Shown piece by piece: positions 35,772 to 42,456 of a stretch of 42,456 nucleotides of DNA. A program made the position numbers and the translations under genes. The DNA is from an uncultured Candidatus Saccharibacteria bacterium (GTDB lineage: Bacteria > Patescibacteriota > UBA1384 > DATEAH01 > CAYPSR01), in assembly GCA_964413595.1 (NCBI GenBank), contig CAYPSR010000002.1, positions 1 to 42,456 on the forward strand, in the 5' to 3' direction. A model generated the notes under the pieces. That model saw nothing but the letters and a program-made list of their open reading frames with translations, was not told where the DNA came from and ran no database searches. The number at the start of each line of letters is the position of its first letter. The first letter of the stretch is position 1.

Positions 35772-36728
35772 TTATATTTTAATTTCTTCTATTTTTAAAT
35801 TAATATTTTTGGGATATTTATTTACGATATTTGTCTGGGAACCGGTTTTTTGAACAACTTGAGCCGCACTATACGCGCCATATTTTAAGGCAGACACTTC
35901 ATCTTCTGTTTTTAATATTCCAGTTAAATATCCTGATCCAAACGCATCTCCAGCTCCAGTCAAATCTTTTACTTTTGCTGTGATAATATTACTCTTAATT
36001 ACTTTATCTTTTTTAATTAAATATGTGCCATTTTCCCCATCATTAATCAAAAATACATTTTTAACAATAGATTTTGCCTTATGTAAAACAACTTTTAAAT
36101 CCGTTGTATCAAATAATTTCTTAGCTTCATTTAAATTTAACTGGACAACATCTGAATGGTTAAGATATTTCATGATTGATGAGTTTATTATTTCACGATA
36201 TCCTGGGTTAAAAAATATCTTAATTTCATTGTTATTCGCGTGAGAAAAAATACTTTCTAAAATTTGGAAATTTCCAGCCAGAGATGTAACATAAAGCCAT
36301 TTTGTTTGTAATTTATTAAAGTCAATTAATTTTTCCGATAAAGATTTTTCGGAACCTCTAAAAATAAAAATTGTTTTTTCTCCAGTAGAATTTAATATTA
36401 CTACTGATGTCGGAGATTTTATTTTTTTATCAACTTGGATATATTTTGTATCAACTCCATTTTTATAAAAATTATTGAGTATTCTTTTGCCAAAAGCATC
36501 TTGGCCAATTCGAGAGATAACCCCGACTTCTAATCCATGTCTAGCAAAAGAAATGGCACTATTTGCTGCACCTCCACCAGGCAAAATATTTAGTTTATTA
36601 AATTCAATTTTTGAACCAACTTCAATTTTATCAAAATCACTAGTTTCGACAAAAGACTCATTTGATGAATCAAATTCAGATAAAAATATGTCAAACGAGC
36701 TATTCCCTATACAAATTACATCAAACAT
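35772..36728 (-). CDS. PfkB-family carbohydrate kinase
   Basis: GGGAANSA, DLTGAGDAFGSGYL. ATG at 36728 with AAGGAG upstream; the track start at 36773 overlaps fba. Confidence 0.85.
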   Translation of the reverse strand: MFDVICIGNSSFDIFLSEFDSSNESFVETSDFDKIEVGSKIEFNKLNILPGGGAANSAISFARHGLEVGVISRIGQDAFGKRILNNFYKNGVDTKYIQVDKKIKSPTSVVILNSTGEKTIFIFRGSEKSLSEKLIDFNKLQTKWLYVTSLAGNFQILESIFSHANNNEIKIFFNPGYREIINSSIMKYLNHSDVVQLNLNEAKKLFDTTDLKVVLHKAKSIVKNVFLINDGENGTYLIKKDKVIKSNIITAKVKDLTGAGDAFGSGYLTGILKTEDEVSALKYGAYSAAQVVQKTGSQTNIVNKYPKNINLKIEEIKI

Positions 36729-36741
36729 AAGATTCTCCTTA

Positions 36742-37569
36742 TTATGCTCTATTTGCAGAACCAAATATATCAATTTTATACTCTACATTTTTTTTAACTT
36801 TAAGTGATGCAAACCCAAGTATTTTTCTATAATCAATTTCATCAGGATGATTTTTTAAATATTGTTCCAAACCATTTGTAAAACTAATTCTCAGATCAGT
36901 ATCAATATTAATTTTTGAAATTCCGTGTTTAATTAATTCTTTGATATTTTTAATCGGAGTTGAGGAGGCTCCGTGATAAACTAGCGGAACTTTTGTTATT
37001 TTATTAATCTTTTTCAACAAATCAAAATCGATTTTTTCGTTTTTTTCTGGCATACCATGAGTATTACCAATCGATATTGCAAGTGTGTCATTTTTAGTTT
37101 TTTCGCAAAAATCGATTATCTTTTCAGGATTAGTAAACATATTTTGCTTTGTCAAACCAGAGACGTGACCCAGTTCAAGTTCACAAGATGCACCATGAAG
37201 ATGTGCGGTTTGGCAATACTTTCGAGAAAGTCTAATATTGTTATTATAATTTAATGATGAGCCGTCAAACATAATAGATTTATAGCCATCCAGGAGACAC
37301 CTCTTGGCAGTTTTAAAGTTGTTTCCATGGTCATAGTGTAATATTATTGGTACAGCTGAATTTTTAGCTATTTCAATGATTGTTTTGTTAAATTCTAGGC
37401 CTAAATATGAAAAAGTTTTATCAGTTATAGCTAAAAATATTGGAGAATTTTTTTCTTCCGCCGCTATTATAGTTGAAATTGCACTTTCCAAATTTCCAAT
37501 GTTAAAATGACCAATTGCAAAATGGGTCATTTTGGCATGTTTTAAGTATTTCAAAGGATTAACAATCAT
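36742..37569 (-). CDS. fba: Class II fructose/tagatose-bisphosphate aldolase
   Basis: HFAIGHFNI, ILHYDHG, MFDGS, GNTHG, VYHGASS. Confidence 0.88.
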   Translation of the reverse strand: MIVNPLKYLKHAKMTHFAIGHFNIGNLESAISTIIAAEEKNSPIFLAITDKTFSYLGLEFNKTIIEIAKNSAVPIILHYDHGNNFKTAKRCLLDGYKSIMFDGSSLNYNNNIRLSRKYCQTAHLHGASCELELGHVSGLTKQNMFTNPEKIIDFCEKTKNDTLAISIGNTHGMPEKNEKIDFDLLKKINKITKVPLVYHGASSTPIKNIKELIKHGISKINIDTDLRISFTNGLEQYLKNHPDEIDYRKILGFASLKVKKNVEYKIDIFGSANRA

Positions 37570-37592
37570 ACAAATTTACTCCTACCAATAAT

Positions 37593-37622
37593 ATCCCGAT
37601 TCCTTCGGAATCGAGGATCCCA
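37593..37622. repeat. Hairpin repeat unit
   Basis: atcccGATTCC-ttc-GGAATCgaggatccc. Confidence 0.6.
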
Positions 37623-37648
37623 ATAACTATATTAAAATAGTTAAATAT

Positions 37649-37745
37649 CGGGATAAATCAATACTAATATACAAATAAAAGCTATAAAACAAAAAAATGA
37701 ATTCGTATTTTAGTAAATATTTGTAATCTTTGTATTACTTATTTG
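37649..37745. repeat. Family A-like AT-rich repeat outside the r-protein cluster
   Basis: cgggataaatcaatACTAATATACaAATAAA...aaaacaaaaaaatgaattcgtattttagtaaat parallels 17680-17760 and 30930-30985. Confidence 0.45.
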
Positions 37746-37900
37746 ATTTTAAAGCTGAATTTTGATAAATTTAAATTGCTTATAATTTAATTATATCATA
37801 TAAATTAGAAACAAATAAACCAATGTGCCCGTCCCATATAAATTGGATTTTTAAGGATTTGATGATTGTGCAATATGTTTTGTAACTTATACCAACTAAT

Positions 37901-38239
37901 ATGAAAAAATATAGAATTGATCAAATTAACGAATACATGAGGCATGAAATAGCTTTGTTTTTGTCAAAAACAAAAAACCCAAAGTATCTAGTCACAATAA
38001 CTTTAGTAGAAGTTTCAAGAGATTTAAACAATGCAAATATTTATGTTTCGGCTATTAAGCTAGATAAAACCAAAATTGATGAAAGAGAGATTATTGATTT
38101 TCTAAATGAATATAAAGAAGAAATTCATAAATATCTTTTAGATAGGTTAGATTTTAAAAGAATTCCTAAACTTCATTTTAGATTAGATAATACTGCAGAA
38201 CATGCAATGAAAATTGATAAGCTTATTGACAATCTGTAG
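37901..38239 (+). CDS. rbfA: Ribosome-binding factor A
   Basis: RIDQINEYMRHEIALFL, VTITLVEVSRDLNNANIYVS, IPKLHFRLDNT. Confidence 0.85.
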   Translation: MKKYRIDQINEYMRHEIALFLSKTKNPKYLVTITLVEVSRDLNNANIYVSAIKLDKTKIDEREIIDFLNEYKEEIHKYLLDRLDFKRIPKLHFRLDNTAEHAMKIDKLIDNL

Positions 38240-38280
38240 TTTGTATTTAAAAATAAGTAATTTTGTGTTAAAATATAGCT

Positions 38281-38646
38281 ATGGGCAAACGAGGGTTTTT
38301 TGCAATTTTAATTATCGCGACACTAATATCACTGGCTGTATTTTTTATTATTTTTTATCTTGTAAATCCATATACAACAACATGGATTACAATATTAGTT
38401 TTTTATTCAGATTTAATAATACTTTTAACATCAGTTTTAACAATTATCATCTTTTATTTTCGATCAAATGCCTTGTCTGGTCAGACCAACCAATTGCCAT
38501 TTTCACAATCTTTACGCCAAGGATTTTTAATATCAATTGTTGGAATTGGTTTATTGCTACTAAAAGCAGGAAGAATTTTAAATTTATGGGATGGGATTTT
38601 ATTAATTATAGTAGTTATTTTAATCGAATTTTATTATAAAAAATGA
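38281..38646 (+). CDS. Small integral membrane protein (3-4 TM segments)
   Basis: Hydrophobic segments FFAILIIATLISLAVFFIIFYLV, ITILVFYSDLIILLTSVLTIIIFYF, ISIVGIGLLLL, ILLIIVVILIEFY. Confidence 0.6.
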   Translation: MGKRGFFAILIIATLISLAVFFIIFYLVNPYTTTWITILVFYSDLIILLTSVLTIIIFYFRSNALSGQTNQLPFSQSLRQGFLISIVGIGLLLLKAGRILNLWDGILLIIVVILIEFYYKK

Positions 38647-38794
38647 ATGTAAGTTTTAAATTTTAAAAATCAAATTTTACTTTCCCGATGTTCAACTATC
38701 AGATTATCAATTGCTAAATTATAATTTCCCGAAATAAATCTTATTAATTTTAACGAGACAAATAAAATTCATTTAAAAATAAAAATTATTAAAT

Positions 38795-39505
38795 ATGGCA
38801 CATCTTCATCCAATTACACAGTTTTTCCGTGGAGTTATAAAAGAATTTAAAGATTCTGGTTTTGAGATTTATGAAGGACCACAAAAAGAAACAGAATGGT
38901 ATAATTTTGATTCACTTAGAATGCCTGATAATCATCCTGCTCGTGACATTCAAGACACTTTTTGGTTAAAAGATGGAGAGGTTATGAGAACTCAAACTTC
39001 TGCGGCGCAAGTACGGTCAATGGAAAAAAGAACTCCTCCGTCTAGAATCATTGTGCCAGGTCGTTGCTTTAGACGAGAGTCTACTGACGCATCACACGAG
39101 CATACTTTTTATCAACTCGAAGGAATGGTAATTGATAAAAACATAACAGTTTCCAACATGATTGGAACACTAGAAGATATGGCAAAAAAAATCTTTGGAA
39201 ATGATATTAAATTTAGAATTAGAACGAATCTTTATCCTTTTGTTGAACCAGGTTTTGACATTGATATTACATGTTTAATTTGTTCTGGCAAAGGTTGCAA
39301 TGTATGTAAAAAAACTGGTTGGCTTGAAGTTATGCCGTGTGGAATGATACACCCTGTAGTTTTAAAAAATATGGGAGTTGATACTAAAAAGTATTCAGGG
39401 TTCGCTTTTGCTTTTGGAATTGACAGGTTAGTAATGCTCGATAAAAATATAAAAGATATCAGATTATTTTATTCGTCCGATTTAAGATTTTTAAAACAAT
39501 TCTAA
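38795..39505 (+). CDS. pheS: Phenylalanine-tRNA ligase alpha subunit (catalytic core only)
   Basis: HPITQ..., NFDSLRMPDNHPARD, RTQTS, FRRESTDASH, FYQLEG, GFAFAFGIDRL. 236 aa, so the usual N-terminal helical arm is missing. Confidence 0.93.
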   Translation: MAHLHPITQFFRGVIKEFKDSGFEIYEGPQKETEWYNFDSLRMPDNHPARDIQDTFWLKDGEVMRTQTSAAQVRSMEKRTPPSRIIVPGRCFRRESTDASHEHTFYQLEGMVIDKNITVSNMIGTLEDMAKKIFGNDIKFRIRTNLYPFVEPGFDIDITCLICSGKGCNVCKKTGWLEVMPCGMIHPVVLKNMGVDTKKYSGFAFAFGIDRLVMLDKNIKDIRLFYSSDLRFLKQF

Positions 39506-39506
39506 T

Positions 39507-41645
39507 ATGAATATAACTTTATCAAGTCTAAAAAAACTTGTAGATATTAAAATGCCAATTAATAAACTCGCGGAAGAATTAACCCGAGTTGGTTTAGAAG
39601 TTGAAAAGATTTTGGATTATAAAGGAGAACGAGTATTAAAGCTTGATATTTCTCCAAATCGTTATGATTGTCTGTCAGCACTGGGAATTTCCAGAGAAAT
39701 TACCATGCTTGAAAAAAACAAGATTAAATTAGAAGAAGTTAAAATTCAGGAATCAGATATTGAAAAAAAGCTACAAGTTGAAATCGAAGATAAAGAAATT
39801 GTTCCAAAATATTATTATTATATAATCGATAATATCAAAATTTCAGAGTCACCAAAATGGATGCAAAAAGAACTAGAAGCATATGGCTTTCGTGTGCTTA
39901 ATAACATTATTGATATTACTAATTATGTGATGATTATGCTTGGCCAGCCACTTCACGCTTTTGATTATGATAAAGTTGTTTCCAATAACCCAGAAAAGAA
40001 AATTATTGTCCGACGTGGTAAAAAAGGCGAAACAGTTGCAACATTAGACGGTAAAATATGGGATGTTGATGAAAAAACAATTGTTATTTCAAAACCAAAC
40101 GGAGAGTTGATCGATTTGGCAGGAATTATGGGTGGATTAAAATCTGAGATAGATGCAAATACGAAAACTATTGTTTTGCAAGCCGCACTTATGGATTCAA
40201 AATTAATTCGCACAACTAAAAAAAGACTTAATCATGATACGGAAGCAGCTTATAGATACGAGCGAGGCGTTGACCATTCAATGGTAAAATATTCTTTAAA
40301 ATATGCAGCTAAATTAATTCAAGACTTGGCAAACGGGAAAGTTGTTAAATTAAATAAAATTAATAATATAAAATATCCTACAAAGGTAATTAAAACATCA
40401 TCAATACAATTATCAGATTTTGTTGGACACAGGTTTACATCAGAAGAAATTAAAAAGATGTTAGAATTACTTGGATTTGATGTTGAAACTGATTCTGAAA
40501 ACATAACCATAACTATTCCGACGTGGCGCGAGCTCGATATTAATTGGTGGCAAGATATTGCCGAAGAGATAATCCGGGTTTATGATATTTCAAAAATCAA
40601 ACTCATTCCGATTCAGCATGATTCTGCGTTAATTCAGCGTAATTCTGCAATTCTGTCAAATTGGGAGAAAAAAGAGGTAATAAAAGATGAGTTATTTAAG
40701 CTTGGACTAACAGAAGTTTACAATTATTCATTTATTGGTGATGATGATTTGGAAAAATGTAAAAGTTCAACAGGCGAAGTTGATAAAAAAGACCTATTTG
40801 AGCTGGCTTATCCTTTGTCGCCAGAATTAAAATATTTAAGACAAAACCTGGCAATTGGTTTTTTAAAAACTATTGCTAAAAATCCTCAGGCAGACAAAAT
40901 TGAGATTTTTGAAATTGAAAACGTTTTTCAAAAACTAAACTGTCATCCTGAACTAGATTCAGGATCTCATATAAAGCAAATTTCTGAGATTCCGGATCAA
41001 GCCTGGAATGACAATAATTCCAACAGTGAATCAACGAGAATTGGGATTGCTTGCGCTGGAGAGAAATCACAAAATGCAAGTGATTTGATGACAAAATTAA
41101 TAAAAGTTTTTGGAATTAATTGTCATTCCGACGAGCATAACGAGGAAAAATCCCAGAATCAAAATGAGATTTCTCACTTTGTTCGAAATGACATGTTAAA
41201 AGTTTTTAATATAAATCCTGAACTTTTAAAACAATATAAAATTAGAAAGCCTAATGTTTCAATTTGTGAAATAGATTTTGGTGATTTTTTGAAATATGCG
41301 AAGTTTGATGGCAAGTCATTAAATTGGCACCCATCATCAAAATCTCAATATCGTGACCTATCACAATTTCCAACCGTCGAACGCGACCTAGCAATTATAT
41401 TAGACAGAAATATTGAAAATGAGAAAACCAGGCAAATAATTATGAGTACTTCTGACCAAATAATAAGTTCTGACCTATTTGATGAATTTGCAAATGATAA
41501 GTTTGGTGAAAACAAAAAATCTGTTGCTTATCATATTTCTATGCAATCACCTGATCACACCTTGACATCTTCTGAGGCTGAGAATATAATTAAGAAAATT
41601 TTAGAAAATATTAAAAATGAACTTGGGGGAGAGTTAAGGAGATAA
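39507..41645 (+). CDS. pheT: Phenylalanine-tRNA ligase beta subunit (no OB tRNA-binding domain; carries repeat insertions)
   Basis: DISPNRYDCLSALGISREI, B3/4 region LHAFDYDK, C-terminal FDX-ACB-like LSQFPTVERDLAII...SVAYHISMQ. Confidence 0.92.
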   Translation: MNITLSSLKKLVDIKMPINKLAEELTRVGLEVEKILDYKGERVLKLDISPNRYDCLSALGISREITMLEKNKIKLEEVKIQESDIEKKLQVEIEDKEIVPKYYYYIIDNIKISESPKWMQKELEAYGFRVLNNIIDITNYVMIMLGQPLHAFDYDKVVSNNPEKKIIVRRGKKGETVATLDGKIWDVDEKTIVISKPNGELIDLAGIMGGLKSEIDANTKTIVLQAALMDSKLIRTTKKRLNHDTEAAYRYERGVDHSMVKYSLKYAAKLIQDLANGKVVKLNKINNIKYPTKVIKTSSIQLSDFVGHRFTSEEIKKMLELLGFDVETDSENITITIPTWRELDINWWQDIAEEIIRVYDISKIKLIPIQHDSALIQRNSAILSNWEKKEVIKDELFKLGLTEVYNYSFIGDDDLEKCKSSTGEVDKKDLFELAYPLSPELKYLRQNLAIGFLKTIAKNPQADKIEIFEIENVFQKLNCHPELDSGSHIKQISEIPDQAWNDNNSNSESTRIGIACAGEKSQNASDLMTKLIKVFGINCHSDEHNEEKSQNQNEISHFVRNDMLKVFNINPELLKQYKIRKPNVSICEIDFGDFLKYAKFDGKSLNWHPSSKSQYRDLSQFPTVERDLAIILDRNIENEKTRQIIMSTSDQIISSDLFDEFANDKFGENKKSVAYHISMQSPDHTLTSSEAENIIKKILENIKNELGGELRR
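40942..41012. repeat. Two GTCATYC-type hairpin units in-frame within pheT
   Basis: GTCATCCTGAActagaTTCAGGATCTC (40942-40968) and the inverted unit GAGATTCCGGATCAAGCCTGGAATGAC (40986-41012). Confidence 0.75.
41122..41192. repeat. Two more hairpin units in-frame within pheT
   Basis: GTCATTCCGACGAGCATAACGAGGAAAAATCCC (41122-41153) and GAGATTTCTCACTTTGTTCGAAATGAC (41166-41192). Confidence 0.7.
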
Positions 41646-41648
41646 CAA

Positions 41649-42425
41649 ATGGACGAAAGGTGTGTTGAAAAAAAAGATGCTGGTGATGTAGAAATCAGAA
41701 GACAAAGACAAAAAGAAATCGATTTAGTTTTGCCACGCGAGTTTACTCATGACCCGGTTTATATGTGCGAAAGATTAATGATAATCGCTGAATTGTATCA
41801 ATTTGTATTTATGCAAATGCCACAGATAAGCGATCAAAGTAATCCCGAATTTCTAGAAAAATCTCAGAAAAATATTGTTGATTATAATGCACTTTATACT
41901 GCGTTTACGTCTTTCAGGGGTGTGCCTCAAGCAACATCGCATGCTCAATATAATACTCACTCACAAATAGCGTGTACCAAAATTGATCCCAGTTTAAAAT
42001 TTGAAACAACTCTTGATGCCTGTCAATATGCAACTGAAATGGTTTGTCACTTACGAGAAGATACAAGCATCAATAAACAACTAGAACTAGCACAAGCCAT
42101 TGTGGTTTATGACCCTAAAATGAATTATCTTTTAGAATTTGCTGGTAGATATAGTATAAATTATCTAAATATTTTACAAAGACGCCTGCGGGGATTACAG
42201 GATATTCAAAATAAAACTCATATGCCTATTATACAGCCTGACGGTTTTAATGAAACAGAAGCCTTGCAACGTGATTTAAATGATGCAATTATGCAAATGC
42301 CATATAATTTACAAACATGCCAAATGATTAAGGCAGGTTTTGAGCCGAGATTAATAGCTTATAATGCTTGTTCGGGAACAATATTTGTTGGCGATGCGTG
42401 GAAATATCATAAAAGTGAAGAATAA
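41649..42425 (+). CDS. ORFan hypothetical protein (258 aa)
   Basis: Starts 3 nt after pheT. Rich in Q/C/M/H/Y. No motif recognised. Bracketed by a duplicated pheT 3' segment. Confidence 0.6.
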   Translation: MDERCVEKKDAGDVEIRRQRQKEIDLVLPREFTHDPVYMCERLMIIAELYQFVFMQMPQISDQSNPEFLEKSQKNIVDYNALYTAFTSFRGVPQATSHAQYNTHSQIACTKIDPSLKFETTLDACQYATEMVCHLREDTSINKQLELAQAIVVYDPKMNYLLEFAGRYSINYLNILQRRLRGLQDIQNKTHMPIIQPDGFNETEALQRDLNDAIMQMPYNLQTCQMIKAGFEPRLIAYNACSGTIFVGDAWKYHKSEE

Positions 42426-42428
42426 ATA

Positions 42429-42456
42429 TTAAGAAAATTTTAGAAAATATTAAAAA
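42429..42456 (+). repeat. Second copy of the pheT 3' segment (runs off the window)
   Basis: ttaagaaaattttagaaaatattaaaaa is identical to 41591-41618 inside pheT. Confidence 0.85.

Noticed and set aside
38214-38639. 141-aa ORF overlapping the membrane protein gene in another frame
   Set aside because: It overlaps the rbfA end, has low-complexity Phe/Asn/Ile-rich content and no start context. The 38281-38646 frame gives clean TM segments.

Overview
AT-rich bacterial fragment. Identifications rest on motif recognition and synteny only; no searches or computations were run.

Backbone:
- tuf plus the universal S10-spc-alpha ribosomal-protein supercluster (rpsJ to rplQ, then rplM-rpsI), with secY-adk-map-infA-rpmJ in their canonical slots.
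- Left flank: an Nth-like gene, a small wHTH gene, tgt, and a restriction-modification island with two methyltransferases.
- Right flank: hisI-hisG, a minus-strand fba-pfkB-gap block, rbfA and pheS-pheT.
- rpmD (L30) is absent between rpsE and rplO, PheS and PheT are minimal, and many r-proteins carry Lys-rich tails. This fits a Patescibacteria/CPR-type reduced genome using the standard genetic code.

Unusual content:
1. A five-copy ORFan paralog family is inserted at normally tight junctions of the r-protein cluster (rplO|secY, secY-LysM|adk as three tandem copies, rpsM|rpsK). Two copies are flanked by 10-11 bp direct repeats. One copy carries an in-frame TGA.
2. rpsJ and rplC are separated by a 2.9 kb island. 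It holds its own terminators, a tiny basic protein, and two tandem paralogous gene pairs that are both interrupted at the same alignment position.
3. A 258-aa ORFan after pheT is bracketed by a duplicated copy of the pheT 3' end.
4. GTCATYYC...GRRATC-type hairpin repeats occur in intergenic clusters and in-frame inside pheT.
5. A second hairpin family (GNRA loop followed by CCTAAGG, with compensatory stem changes) brackets the wHTH gene and sits in-frame inside tgt.
6. At least three families of AT-rich repeats of about 70-220 nt fill spacers between r-protein genes.

All nonsense and frameshift lesions seen are confined to the accessory ORFans. No rRNA, tRNA, CRISPR array, transposase or integrase was recognised.
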